Positions 46,389 to 59,800 are shown, counted from the first letter of the whole stretch. The stretch is 62,056 nt of DNA, filler included, from Stramenopiles sp. TOSAG23-6 (GCA_900128565.1; 15 parts of 15 records of this genome joined end to end with filler, not necessarily neighbours in it), one strand, 5' to 3'. Made by a program: numbers and translations. The notes: generated by a model from the letters alone, not told the origin.

Positions 46389-47642
46389 ATGGCATCTTCG
46401 AAATCCATACCACCAGTTGTTTCAAAGGAAATCAAGCGAACTCCAGCTTGCATTGTTCTTGGAATGGCCGGAGCAGGAAAAACCACTTTGATGCAACGCT
46501 TAAACGCATTTTCTCGACAAGTAAAAAAACCGGCATATATGATTAATTTGGACCCGGCGGTGATGCATTTACCATATGATGCTCAAATAGATATTCGTGA
46601 TACTGTGAATTACAAAGAATTGATGCAACAGTACAAATTGGGACCCAACGGGGGAATCATGACTGCTTTGAATCTTTTCGTCACAAAATTTGACCAAGTT
46701 TTATCACTTATGGAGAAGCGATCGGCTGAAGCAGATTACTTAATGCTTGATACTCCTGGACAAATAGAAGTTTTCACATGGTCTGCATCTGGTGATATTG
46801 TGACAAAATTGTTGGCCTCAAGCTTCCCGACTGTTTTAATATATGTCATTGACACCCCACGTTGCACGAGTCCTGCAACTTTTATGTCGAATATGCTCTA
46901 CGCAAGTTCTATTTTCTACAAAGCTCAGATGCCAATGGTGATAGTTTTCAACAAGGTCGATGTGACATCACACGATTTTGCAATAGAATGGATGCAAGAC
47001 TTTGAAGCATTTCAAGAAGCTCTAACAATGGAAAATGATGACTCCTACATGTCATCTTTGTTACGCTCAATGAGCATGTGCCTAGATGAATTTTATGCTG
47101 TTTTTGAATGCGTTGGTGTATCATCCACAACTGGTGCCGGAATTGGTGATTTTTTTGATGCAGTAGATCGAGCAGCACGTAGATTTGATGAGGAAGTAAA
47201 ACCACGGATGGATGCTCAGAAAAAGAAAATCAAAGAAGAACGAGAAGCCGCAAAACAAAAAGAGTTGGAGAAAATGAGTGCTGATTTGGCTGCTGCAAAA
47301 GCAAAACAGAATGGCGGTATGACTGGAGCATGTGATGTAGGCAAAACTGTAGTACTACAGCATGACTCATGTTCTGATGACCGGGTGAGATCTGAAGCTG
47401 AACATCTAAGAGCTTTGAACGCTGAGCTCGACACTGCAGGTGATACAGGTACATTTGAAATGGACTCTAGTACATTTTCCGAAGGAAGATTGTTCACAGA
47501 TTTGGAAGGAGAATGCGATGAAGAGGAAAGATCTGAACGTGCAGAATATACATCACTAATGAACTTTGTTAAGAAAACGGCAAAAGAAAAAGACTTAGCG
47601 TTGAAAACGAATAATTTGCATCCCATCAGTGAAGAAAAATGA
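46389..47642 (+). CDS. GPN1: GPN-loop GTPase 1 (XAB1/Npa3)
   Basis: GMAGAGKTT, INLDPAV, IDIRDTVNYK, LGPNGGIMTALNLF, DTPGQIEVFTWSASG, FNKVD. Confidence 0.95.
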   Translation: MASSKSIPPVVSKEIKRTPACIVLGMAGAGKTTLMQRLNAFSRQVKKPAYMINLDPAVMHLPYDAQIDIRDTVNYKELMQQYKLGPNGGIMTALNLFVTKFDQVLSLMEKRSAEADYLMLDTPGQIEVFTWSASGDIVTKLLASSFPTVLIYVIDTPRCTSPATFMSNMLYASSIFYKAQMPMVIVFNKVDVTSHDFAIEWMQDFEAFQEALTMENDDSYMSSLLRSMSMCLDEFYAVFECVGVSSTTGAGIGDFFDAVDRAARRFDEEVKPRMDAQKKKIKEEREAAKQKELEKMSADLAAAKAKQNGGMTGACDVGKTVVLQHDSCSDDRVRSEAEHLRALNAELDTAGDTGTFEMDSSTFSEGRLFTDLEGECDEEERSERAEYTSLMNFVKKTAKEKDLALKTNNLHPISEEK

Positions 47643-47735
47643 TTTTATCTTTGTTTCATTTTGATTATACTTAATAAATTCAAGATTTTATATAAAAAAA
47701 AATGATTTTATCTTTGTTTCATTTTGATTATCAGT

Positions 47736-48992
47736 TTATATACCTTTTGAGTAGCAACACTCTTTTTTGTGTGTACTCTTCCAATGTGTTTTTTGACACT
47801 TCTTTGAACAATACCACGGAAATTTACATGAATTACAAAAGAATAATTTAGTAATTTTGTCAACTTTACCACAATTCACACATTCTGAGTTGTCATTTTT
47901 CAGTATCTCGTTTTTTAGCATCTCATCTGTTGTATCTGTTATCTGTTTTTTTGCTTTCCTTATCCACTTTGCTCCTCTTTTATAATTTTTAGTAACGCCT
48001 TCACCATTATAATAACAGTTACCAAGATTACACTGTGCGTAGATAAAGCCTTGTTTTGCAGCTTTTGTATACCATTTTACAGCAGTTTTATAACATTTAG
48101 TGACTCCATTACCAGTATGATAAAATATTCCAAGATTATGCTGTGCGTTCATATTGCCTTGTTTTGCAGCTTTTGTATACCATTCAGCAGCAGTTTTATA
48201 ACATTTCATGACACCAAGACCCTTCATATATAAAGAACCAAGATTAAACTGTGCATCCATTTGCCCTTGTTTTGCAGCTTTTGTATACCATTTTACAGCA
48301 GTTTTATAACATTTAGTGACTCCATTACCAGTATGATAAAATATTCCAAGATTATGCTGTGCGTTCATATTGCCTTGTTTTGCAGCTTTTGTATACCATT
48401 TAGCAGCAGTTTTATAACATTTAGTCACACCTTGACCATTCTCATAAAATATTCCAAGATTATGCTGTGCATCCATATTGCCTTGTTTTGCAGCTTTTGT
48501 ATACCATTCAGCAGCAGTTTTATTACATTTAGTGACTCCATTACCTTCCTCCATATAAAATACACCAAGATTATACTGTGCGTTCACATGGCCTTGATTT
48601 GCAGCTTTTGCAAACCATTTTACAGCAGTGACTCCATTACCTTCCTCCTTATAAAATACACCAAGAATAAACTGTGCATCCATTTGCCCTTGATTTGCAG
48701 CTTTTGTATACCATTTTACAGCAGTTTTATAACATTTAGTGACTCCATTACCATTATGATAACATAAACCAAGATTAAACTGTGCGTCCATGTGGCCTTG
48801 ATTTGCAGCTTTTGTATACCATTTTACAGCAGTTTTATAACTTTTAATGACACCACCATCACCAGAATAATAAAATACACCAAGATTATACTGTGCGATC
48901 ATATGGCCTTGATTTGCATCTTCTGTAAACCATTCAGCGTTTGGCGCATACACATCTCCATAAACATCACCAAGATCTTTCAGTCCTTCCAT
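47736..48992 (-). CDS. Sel1-like repeat protein with C-terminal MYND zinc finger
   Basis: About nine 36-aa Sel1 repeats; CVNC...CNSCKFPWYCSKKCQKTHWKSTHKKEC. Confidence 0.92.
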   Translation of the reverse strand: MEGLKDLGDVYGDVYAPNAEWFTEDANQGHMIAQYNLGVFYYSGDGGVIKSYKTAVKWYTKAANQGHMDAQFNLGLCYHNGNGVTKCYKTAVKWYTKAANQGQMDAQFILGVFYKEEGNGVTAVKWFAKAANQGHVNAQYNLGVFYMEEGNGVTKCNKTAAEWYTKAAKQGNMDAQHNLGIFYENGQGVTKCYKTAAKWYTKAAKQGNMNAQHNLGIFYHTGNGVTKCYKTAVKWYTKAAKQGQMDAQFNLGSLYMKGLGVMKCYKTAAEWYTKAAKQGNMNAQHNLGIFYHTGNGVTKCYKTAVKWYTKAAKQGFIYAQCNLGNCYYNGEGVTKNYKRGAKWIRKAKKQITDTTDEMLKNEILKNDNSECVNCGKVDKITKLFFCNSCKFPWYCSKKCQKTHWKSTHKKECCYSKGI

Positions 48993-49401
48993 GTGGCCTT
49001 GTTTTGCAGCAATTCAGTAACACACCCGTATGTAAAAGTATCCTTCAAGATACGTGTAAAAAAAAGTTTTAAAAAACGATAAAATTCGGAGGCCGATTTG
49101 ATTAGTTTCTTCAAGTACCGGGTATCAAGAAAATTCGAAAAATTGTTTCAACTGGAAGTGACATAATTTTTTCGCATCTACAGTAAGTTCAAAAACATCT
49201 TCAAAGTTATGTGCATCTTCATCAGTAGTATATAGTTTTCTTTTGATTTTTATGTTAGGTATGAAATTTCATAGTAAAAAAAAAAAAAGGGTCAGATAAA
49301 ATCAAAAAAGTCGGATAAAAATGAAACTCAGATAAATAAAGGAAAATCATTCAAAACAAATAATGATGTATTCATACTGTTAATATTTAAAGTATATTTT
49401 A

Positions 49402-49630
49402 TCATAAATCAGCAATAAGAATTTCAACGGCACCATTAACATTACCATTACTAGAATGCAAAGCTTTCGCATTTTTTGATCTATCAGTAAATCCCATGCT
49501 AATCAATTGATCCATTGGTGAATCAACTTTGTGAGGTTTATTTGTGCTAGTCAGTGACGCAACAGCATCAGATATATTACTTGAACTATTTTTCAATGCA
49601 ATTTCGTTACGTCTTCTGTCCGTAAAACCC
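49402..49630 (-). CDS. Last exon of a protein with two UBA domains; introner 3' end at 49631-49684
   Basis: MGFTDRRRNEIAL..SSSNISDAV; QLISMGFTDRSKNAKALHSSNGNVNGAVEIL. Confidence 0.8.
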
Positions 49631-49837
49631 ATGTATTTTGGAAAAATATTTCAAAAAAAAAAACTAAAATTTGTTAGGTACAAANNNNNNNNNNNNNNNN
49701 NNNNNNNNNNNNNNNNNNNNNNNNNNNNTTAATTAATTAANNNNNNNNNNNNNNNNNNNNNNNNNNNNNNNNNNNNNNNNNNNNGTACAAAATTTTTATA
49801 AAAAAAAAATTCGAATTTGAAAAAAAATAAAACATAC

Positions 49838-51435
49838 ATGGTTTTACACAGCACTGGTAACGTATGTTGTGAAACTAACCCAGATACAGACACAAATTTT
49901 GATCGTGCAAAGGAAGTTGAAGTAAAATCAGATGTTGCTTTACCATTTGGACCACTTAAATTAGTTCTTTCTCCACCATTACCACCTACTGGGGTAGTCA
50001 ATTGTTGTATTCGTTGTGCTAATTGAGTAAACATTGACCGAACACGGGGATATTCCGTTGATATTGCCGTTTTCAAAAAATTTGAGGATTCAAAACTTGT
50101 TTTTAATATCTGTGTTAATAATTTACATACATTCACCCATATTAAAGAGAGCATTGAAAGTACAGTTACAGTTGCGGACGACTTACTTTGATCAGTTGCT
50201 GATGTCGAAGAAATCTCATTTTGACTACATGAAGAAGCACCGATTTGATTTTGCGCGTGACGTAAAACAAAATTAATGAAAAAGTCCTGTGTGCTTGGAT
50301 CCCTCTTCTTGCACAAAATTTTAAAAATCGACCACGTCATTACAATGTGATTAAAGATACAATCACAGACTTTTTTTAGTCGTTTCCAAAGTAAAAGTCG
50401 CCAAGCAGCATCTTCACCTAGAGAAGGATTTAATTTCCCGCGTACAGCTCCGGGCAATGAATTACGATGTTCCTTTCTGCCTTTTGATTTATTTCTATTT
50501 TCTTTTGCAATTTTTTCAACATCGAGAAGATCTTTTATAAAAACAGATATCTTTTGCGTTAAATGAGCCATAGCAATATCGACAGCATCTGGAAGCATAC
50601 CTAAACAAAAGTATATTTGTAAAGAGGCACCAGTGGAAGCATGATTTTTTTTATCCAAACCATTGAGTAATACACTTTCTGCACCATGACGAACTCGAGC
50701 ACTGGCTTCCAATATCCAGACACGTTCTTTTTCTACAAAGTTAATTCCGGAAAGAGCAGGGAAATGTAGAGCCTTCTCCACATCACGGAGATATTGAGCA
50801 GCTTTGTACAACTCTCGAGGTTTATATACTACGATACGCTTTTTAGATAATGACTTTCCATTATTTTTTACCGGCCCACTGACAAGTTTCATCTGTAACT
50901 TTAATTTACCTACAGCAAATATAAGTCTGAGTATGCGACGAAGAATTGCGGATACGTTTTGCATCCGACGAAGCTGTACGGTTCTTAACTTCATTAACTT
51001 AAATGGTTCTAACACGTCAGTATTTATTTTTTGCATTGATGATTGTAACTCAGATACACCCTCAACAACTCCTGTGAAGTCGTTTTGTACTTTCTTTACT
51101 CGAGTCACACGATCCAACAAAGCTGGTTGATTTACAGACACTAAAGTTTTAATGTCTTTATTTATAGACACAAGATATGAATCCAAAGATGAAATACATA
51201 TTTCCAAACTATTCGCATGATCTAATTCCGCCTTGAACGATGTGTTAGATCGATGAGAGCTACTGCGACGTGAGCGTGGCGATAGAGGTTGACCCGAGCT
51301 GCCACTCCGAGATCTTTGTTGTGCGTCCTGTGCTAAAATATCTGCAGCAAAAGTATTAGCATCAAATTGAGGTCTGAGAAATACAGCAAGGTCTTCATCA
51401 GTCTCAATTGAAGAAGCAATTTCAAGAGTATCCAT
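49838..51435 (-). CDS. COG5: Conserved oligomeric Golgi complex subunit 5 (3'-partial, ends in an introner); identical copies at 53962-55559 and 58086-59683
   Basis: FLRPQFDANTFA, LSGINFVEKE, SLQIYFCLG, LCKKRDP.TQ, EYPRVRSMF. Confidence 0.8.
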
Positions 51436-51736
51436 TGTACCTTAGTTTGTTTTGATACAAGTCATTACACTGATCTGTCGTGGAAACTACTACTATTTTT
51501 TATCATTCTGTTATATAAGAGGAAGGAGTCAAGACTCAAGAGTCAAAAAAGAGCGTCAAAAATTGGCATTCATTTTTTGATTTTATTTTTCATTTCGAGT
51601 CCGAGTCAGTTCGACTGTTAGGCCTACGTACTACGTAGGGATCTATGATCTCTCAGTACCTTGCTTGCTCTGAGTCCCATAGCTATTAAGGCTAATTTAT
51701 AGTTTAAGTATAATACTACTGTGACGAATCAAAAAC

Positions 51737-52534
51737 ATGAGGAAACTTGTACAAATTATAGTGTGGTTCACTTGCTTTCTGAGTAATAGCTTTGCTTTTG
51801 GTAAAGGAATATATTCTAGCAAAAGCGAAGTTCGGTGGTTTACTGACAACGGAGATACAAGAGACGGCGTTAACATTACCTTTCACTTGGAGAAACAAGA
51901 TAAACCATACACAATTTACGATGCGATAACAGATTCCCTTGAAATAATTCTCGAGATTCCAGAACAATTTCGTAATTATCCCACTAAACTTTTGCGTTGT
52001 TGGAAACCAGCAGCTACAAATTTCTTTTTGAAACAAAATAGATTGATCAAAAACCTCAAAGATGTAAAAAGGATATCTCTCAAATTGTCTGTATCTCTGC
52101 CAAAAGACGGAAGGATAGCGACTATCTTTCCACATGACTCCGATCAATTTACTATTTCTCTATCTATGGACGAAATTCATTTTTTGTTGTGGTATCCTGG
52201 GTCTGAAAGGGTTAACAAACACTCTTGGTGTGCAACGAAAGTAAGAGGTACATTTAAAGGGGGGAGAAGAAGTACTTATCAATATTTTCCGGTTGTAGAG
52301 CTACATAGTGTGTCCCCAATCATCGAAAGCCAAAATTATTTGCGTCAACATAAACGTGCAAAATATACTGAGGAAGAGGCATCAAAGGATGTAGTAAAAT
52401 ATACTGAGGAAGAGGCATCAAAGGATTTAGTGTTGAAACGTGTAAAATATACTGAGGAAGAGGCATCAAAGGATTTAGTCTTTCTCTCTTCTGGAAAAGT
52501 TGAAGTTGACCCACCAGACAGTGTTTGGGTTTGA
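51737..52534 (+). CDS. Hypothetical secreted protein with three KYTEEEASKD repeats (copies at 55861-56658 and 59985-60782)
   Basis: N-terminal hydrophobic signal-like segment ending SFA; tandem repeats near the C-terminus. Confidence 0.55.
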   Translation: MRKLVQIIVWFTCFLSNSFAFGKGIYSSKSEVRWFTDNGDTRDGVNITFHLEKQDKPYTIYDAITDSLEIILEIPEQFRNYPTKLLRCWKPAATNFFLKQNRLIKNLKDVKRISLKLSVSLPKDGRIATIFPHDSDQFTISLSMDEIHFLLWYPGSERVNKHSWCATKVRGTFKGGRRSTYQYFPVVELHSVSPIIESQNYLRQHKRAKYTEEEASKDVVKYTEEEASKDLVLKRVKYTEEEASKDLVFLSSGKVEVDPPDSVWV

Positions 52535-52750
52535 TTAAAATATTCAATCTCAAATGAAAAAAGTTTCATTTATTATTTTACTTATAATACGAATAGATAT
52601 AGAATGATCTTATTTATACACCAGTACTATGATAATATTGCTTTTATGAATACTATTCACTTATAAAATAGTAATTTTTGACACCATTGGAAGAAGGCTA
52701 TAACAAACGAATCTGCTTTTACAAATTTTTACGTCGGAACGTGATGCTTC

Positions 52751-53808
52751 CTATCCATTGTTGTAGTTTGGCTTTTCGCCTTTGTTCGTTTCTCCCTCGC
52801 TCGTGTCTCCCTCTGTTTCTTCTTTATTTGATTCTTCCTTTTCAGATTTTGCTTCATTTTTTGATTCTTTTGATGCTTTCTTCGTTTTTTTCTTGGCAAT
52901 CCCATTTCCCCCCGGACCCGGAGCACCTAGAGATTGTATTTCTCCCATTAATTTCGTTGTCAATTCTATTTCTCTCTTAGTTTGAGTCTTTGCTTTTTTT
53001 ACCAAGTCTTCATACCCTTTCAAAGTCTCTTTTTCCTCTGTGTCTAATGCTTTATTTTCTTTCTCTTCCGACTTTGTGTCCTTCTTTGGCGTTGGTACTA
53101 TACTATTTGGTACCATACCAGTCCATCTATTCAGGTCTTTTGTTCTATGAAGGATAAATCGCTTTAAATCATAAACTCGGTGAATCAAGCTCTTGATCTG
53201 TTGTAGTTTTGAATCAAATTGGAAGTTTCCAAAATTATAATCATGGGTAATTATTGGAAAATTGGCAAGTACATTATTTACTTCATTCCTAGCGGTAGTG
53301 ATGTCTCTATGTATACGTGCAGTTTCCAATTGTTTTTGCCTTTGGTATAAAATTGATTTTTGTTGCTCTAGCATAAATTCTTGATTCGTCAATGATGCAA
53401 GTTCTGCCTCTATCCCAGGTTGTTGTATCGCACCGGAAGAACCAAATGCATCATTCATTTCATGTTGTTGTTGCATTGCACCCATAAAATCAACTGCATC
53501 ATTCATCCCAGGTACATTTTGATGGAATTCTCCAATACCAGTACCTGCGCCTTTTTGAGAGGATACAATGTTGTTCATTGGTAAAATTTGAGTATCAGCC
53601 ATATTTTGTTGCATCTGTGAAAGCATTTCATTTTCAGCCAAAATATTACTCGATGTATCAGATGTTATTGGGCCACCCGGTAACCCAAGTTCTGCTCGAC
53701 GACGCTTCATCCATGCATCATCCGTTTGTTCTAAATTGCTTATGTCTTGTGAAACTTGTACATCTTTATTCATACTCTCTGACTGTGGATATAATTCTGG
53801 TACTTGTA
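52751..53808 (-). CDS. Hypothetical protein, probably 5'-partial (copies at 56875-57932 and 60999-62056)
   Basis: ORF of at least 340 aa, Q/M-rich with an acidic/basic tail. Confidence 0.5.
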
Positions 53809-56800
53809 NNNNNNNNNNNNNNNNNNNNNNNNNNNNNNNNNNNNNNNNNNNNTTAATTAATTAANNNNNNNNNNNNNNNNNNNNNNNNNNNNNNNNNNNN
53901 NNNNNNNNGTACAAAATTTTTATAAAAAAAAAATTCGAATTTGAAAAAAAATAAAACATACATGGTTTTACACAGCACTGGTAACGTATGTTGTGAAACT
54001 AACCCAGATACAGACACAAATTTTGATCGTGCAAAGGAAGTTGAAGTAAAATCAGATGTTGCTTTACCATTTGGACCACTTAAATTAGTTCTTTCTCCAC
54101 CATTACCACCTACTGGGGTAGTCAATTGTTGTATTCGTTGTGCTAATTGAGTAAACATTGACCGAACACGGGGATATTCCGTTGATATTGCCGTTTTCAA
54201 AAAATTTGAGGATTCAAAACTTGTTTTTAATATCTGTGTTAATAATTTACATACATTCACCCATATTAAAGAGAGCATTGAAAGTACAGTTACAGTTGCG
54301 GACGACTTACTTTGATCAGTTGCTGATGTCGAAGAAATCTCATTTTGACTACATGAAGAAGCACCGATTTGATTTTGCGCGTGACGTAAAACAAAATTAA
54401 TGAAAAAGTCCTGTGTGCTTGGATCCCTCTTCTTGCACAAAATTTTAAAAATCGACCACGTCATTACAATGTGATTAAAGATACAATCACAGACTTTTTT
54501 TAGTCGTTTCCAAAGTAAAAGTCGCCAAGCAGCATCTTCACCTAGAGAAGGATTTAATTTCCCGCGTACAGCTCCGGGCAATGAATTACGATGTTCCTTT
54601 CTGCCTTTTGATTTATTTCTATTTTCTTTTGCAATTTTTTCAACATCGAGAAGATCTTTTATAAAAACAGATATCTTTTGCGTTAAATGAGCCATAGCAA
54701 TATCGACAGCATCTGGAAGCATACCTAAACAAAAGTATATTTGTAAAGAGGCACCAGTGGAAGCATGATTTTTTTTATCCAAACCATTGAGTAATACACT
54801 TTCTGCACCATGACGAACTCGAGCACTGGCTTCCAATATCCAGACACGTTCTTTTTCTACAAAGTTAATTCCGGAAAGAGCAGGGAAATGTAGAGCCTTC
54901 TCCACATCACGGAGATATTGAGCAGCTTTGTACAACTCTCGAGGTTTATATACTACGATACGCTTTTTAGATAATGACTTTCCATTATTTTTTACCGGCC
55001 CACTGACAAGTTTCATCTGTAACTTTAATTTACCTACAGCAAATATAAGTCTGAGTATGCGACGAAGAATTGCGGATACGTTTTGCATCCGACGAAGCTG
55101 TACGGTTCTTAACTTCATTAACTTAAATGGTTCTAACACGTCAGTATTTATTTTTTGCATTGATGATTGTAACTCAGATACACCCTCAACAACTCCTGTG
55201 AAGTCGTTTTGTACTTTCTTTACTCGAGTCACACGATCCAACAAAGCTGGTTGATTTACAGACACTAAAGTTTTAATGTCTTTATTTATAGACACAAGAT
55301 ATGAATCCAAAGATGAAATACATATTTCCAAACTATTCGCATGATCTAATTCCGCCTTGAACGATGTGTTAGATCGATGAGAGCTACTGCGACGTGAGCG
55401 TGGCGATAGAGGTTGACCCGAGCTGCCACTCCGAGATCTTTGTTGTGCGTCCTGTGCTAAAATATCTGCAGCAAAAGTATTAGCATCAAATTGAGGTCTG
55501 AGAAATACAGCAAGGTCTTCATCAGTCTCAATTGAAGAAGCAATTTCAAGAGTATCCATTGTACCTTAGTTTGTTTTGATACAAGTCATTACACTGATCT
55601 GTCGTGGAAACTACTACTATTTTTTATCATTCTGTTATATAAGAGGAAGGAGTCAAGACTCAAGAGTCAAAAAAGAGCGTCAAAAATTGGCATTCATTTT
55701 TTGATTTTATTTTTCATTTCGAGTCCGAGTCAGTTCGACTGTTAGGCCTACGTACTACGTAGGGATCTATGATCTCTCAGTACCTTGCTTGCTCTGAGTC
55801 CCATAGCTATTAAGGCTAATTTATAGTTTAAGTATAATACTACTGTGACGAATCAAAAACATGAGGAAACTTGTACAAATTATAGTGTGGTTCACTTGCT
55901 TTCTGAGTAATAGCTTTGCTTTTGGTAAAGGAATATATTCTAGCAAAAGCGAAGTTCGGTGGTTTACTGACAACGGAGATACAAGAGACGGCGTTAACAT
56001 TACCTTTCACTTGGAGAAACAAGATAAACCATACACAATTTACGATGCGATAACAGATTCCCTTGAAATAATTCTCGAGATTCCAGAACAATTTCGTAAT
56101 TATCCCACTAAACTTTTGCGTTGTTGGAAACCAGCAGCTACAAATTTCTTTTTGAAACAAAATAGATTGATCAAAAACCTCAAAGATGTAAAAAGGATAT
56201 CTCTCAAATTGTCTGTATCTCTGCCAAAAGACGGAAGGATAGCGACTATCTTTCCACATGACTCCGATCAATTTACTATTTCTCTATCTATGGACGAAAT
56301 TCATTTTTTGTTGTGGTATCCTGGGTCTGAAAGGGTTAACAAACACTCTTGGTGTGCAACGAAAGTAAGAGGTACATTTAAAGGGGGGAGAAGAAGTACT
56401 TATCAATATTTTCCGGTTGTAGAGCTACATAGTGTGTCCCCAATCATCGAAAGCCAAAATTATTTGCGTCAACATAAACGTGCAAAATATACTGAGGAAG
56501 AGGCATCAAAGGATGTAGTAAAATATACTGAGGAAGAGGCATCAAAGGATTTAGTGTTGAAACGTGTAAAATATACTGAGGAAGAGGCATCAAAGGATTT
56601 AGTCTTTCTCTCTTCTGGAAAAGTTGAAGTTGACCCACCAGACAGTGTTTGGGTTTGATTAAAATATTCAATCTCAAATGAAAAAAGTTTCATTTATTAT
56701 TTTACTTATAATACGAATAGATATAGAATGATCTTATTTATACACCAGTACTATGATAATATTGCTTTTATGAATACTATTCACTTATAAAATAGTAATT

Positions 56801-59800
56801 TTTGACACCATTGGAAGAAGGCTATAACAAACGAATCTGCTTTTACAAATTTTTACGTCGGAACGTGATGCTTCCTATCCATTGTTGTAGTTTGGCTTTT
56901 CGCCTTTGTTCGTTTCTCCCTCGCTCGTGTCTCCCTCTGTTTCTTCTTTATTTGATTCTTCCTTTTCAGATTTTGCTTCATTTTTTGATTCTTTTGATGC
57001 TTTCTTCGTTTTTTTCTTGGCAATCCCATTTCCCCCCGGACCCGGAGCACCTAGAGATTGTATTTCTCCCATTAATTTCGTTGTCAATTCTATTTCTCTC
57101 TTAGTTTGAGTCTTTGCTTTTTTTACCAAGTCTTCATACCCTTTCAAAGTCTCTTTTTCCTCTGTGTCTAATGCTTTATTTTCTTTCTCTTCCGACTTTG
57201 TGTCCTTCTTTGGCGTTGGTACTATACTATTTGGTACCATACCAGTCCATCTATTCAGGTCTTTTGTTCTATGAAGGATAAATCGCTTTAAATCATAAAC
57301 TCGGTGAATCAAGCTCTTGATCTGTTGTAGTTTTGAATCAAATTGGAAGTTTCCAAAATTATAATCATGGGTAATTATTGGAAAATTGGCAAGTACATTA
57401 TTTACTTCATTCCTAGCGGTAGTGATGTCTCTATGTATACGTGCAGTTTCCAATTGTTTTTGCCTTTGGTATAAAATTGATTTTTGTTGCTCTAGCATAA
57501 ATTCTTGATTCGTCAATGATGCAAGTTCTGCCTCTATCCCAGGTTGTTGTATCGCACCGGAAGAACCAAATGCATCATTCATTTCATGTTGTTGTTGCAT
57601 TGCACCCATAAAATCAACTGCATCATTCATCCCAGGTACATTTTGATGGAATTCTCCAATACCAGTACCTGCGCCTTTTTGAGAGGATACAATGTTGTTC
57701 ATTGGTAAAATTTGAGTATCAGCCATATTTTGTTGCATCTGTGAAAGCATTTCATTTTCAGCCAAAATATTACTCGATGTATCAGATGTTATTGGGCCAC
57801 CCGGTAACCCAAGTTCTGCTCGACGACGCTTCATCCATGCATCATCCGTTTGTTCTAAATTGCTTATGTCTTGTGAAACTTGTACATCTTTATTCATACT
57901 CTCTGACTGTGGATATAATTCTGGTACTTGTANNNNNNNNNNNNNNNNNNNNNNNNNNNNNNNNNNNNNNNNNNNNTTAATTAATTAANNNNNNNNNNNN
58001 NNNNNNNNNNNNNNNNNNNNNNNNNNNNNNNNGTACAAAATTTTTATAAAAAAAAAATTCGAATTTGAAAAAAAATAAAACATACATGGTTTTACACAGC
58101 ACTGGTAACGTATGTTGTGAAACTAACCCAGATACAGACACAAATTTTGATCGTGCAAAGGAAGTTGAAGTAAAATCAGATGTTGCTTTACCATTTGGAC
58201 CACTTAAATTAGTTCTTTCTCCACCATTACCACCTACTGGGGTAGTCAATTGTTGTATTCGTTGTGCTAATTGAGTAAACATTGACCGAACACGGGGATA
58301 TTCCGTTGATATTGCCGTTTTCAAAAAATTTGAGGATTCAAAACTTGTTTTTAATATCTGTGTTAATAATTTACATACATTCACCCATATTAAAGAGAGC
58401 ATTGAAAGTACAGTTACAGTTGCGGACGACTTACTTTGATCAGTTGCTGATGTCGAAGAAATCTCATTTTGACTACATGAAGAAGCACCGATTTGATTTT
58501 GCGCGTGACGTAAAACAAAATTAATGAAAAAGTCCTGTGTGCTTGGATCCCTCTTCTTGCACAAAATTTTAAAAATCGACCACGTCATTACAATGTGATT
58601 AAAGATACAATCACAGACTTTTTTTAGTCGTTTCCAAAGTAAAAGTCGCCAAGCAGCATCTTCACCTAGAGAAGGATTTAATTTCCCGCGTACAGCTCCG
58701 GGCAATGAATTACGATGTTCCTTTCTGCCTTTTGATTTATTTCTATTTTCTTTTGCAATTTTTTCAACATCGAGAAGATCTTTTATAAAAACAGATATCT
58801 TTTGCGTTAAATGAGCCATAGCAATATCGACAGCATCTGGAAGCATACCTAAACAAAAGTATATTTGTAAAGAGGCACCAGTGGAAGCATGATTTTTTTT
58901 ATCCAAACCATTGAGTAATACACTTTCTGCACCATGACGAACTCGAGCACTGGCTTCCAATATCCAGACACGTTCTTTTTCTACAAAGTTAATTCCGGAA
59001 AGAGCAGGGAAATGTAGAGCCTTCTCCACATCACGGAGATATTGAGCAGCTTTGTACAACTCTCGAGGTTTATATACTACGATACGCTTTTTAGATAATG
59101 ACTTTCCATTATTTTTTACCGGCCCACTGACAAGTTTCATCTGTAACTTTAATTTACCTACAGCAAATATAAGTCTGAGTATGCGACGAAGAATTGCGGA
59201 TACGTTTTGCATCCGACGAAGCTGTACGGTTCTTAACTTCATTAACTTAAATGGTTCTAACACGTCAGTATTTATTTTTTGCATTGATGATTGTAACTCA
59301 GATACACCCTCAACAACTCCTGTGAAGTCGTTTTGTACTTTCTTTACTCGAGTCACACGATCCAACAAAGCTGGTTGATTTACAGACACTAAAGTTTTAA
59401 TGTCTTTATTTATAGACACAAGATATGAATCCAAAGATGAAATACATATTTCCAAACTATTCGCATGATCTAATTCCGCCTTGAACGATGTGTTAGATCG
59501 ATGAGAGCTACTGCGACGTGAGCGTGGCGATAGAGGTTGACCCGAGCTGCCACTCCGAGATCTTTGTTGTGCGTCCTGTGCTAAAATATCTGCAGCAAAA
59601 GTATTAGCATCAAATTGAGGTCTGAGAAATACAGCAAGGTCTTCATCAGTCTCAATTGAAGAAGCAATTTCAAGAGTATCCATTGTACCTTAGTTTGTTT
59701 TGATACAAGTCATTACACTGATCTGTCGTGGAAACTACTACTATTTTTTATCATTCTGTTATATAAGAGGAAGGAGTCAAGACTCAAGAGTCAAAAAAGA

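Noticed and set aside
47637-47733. Direct repeat of ~35 bp after the GPN1 stop
   Set aside because: A simple local duplication in a convergent 3' intergenic region, with no mobile-element hallmarks.
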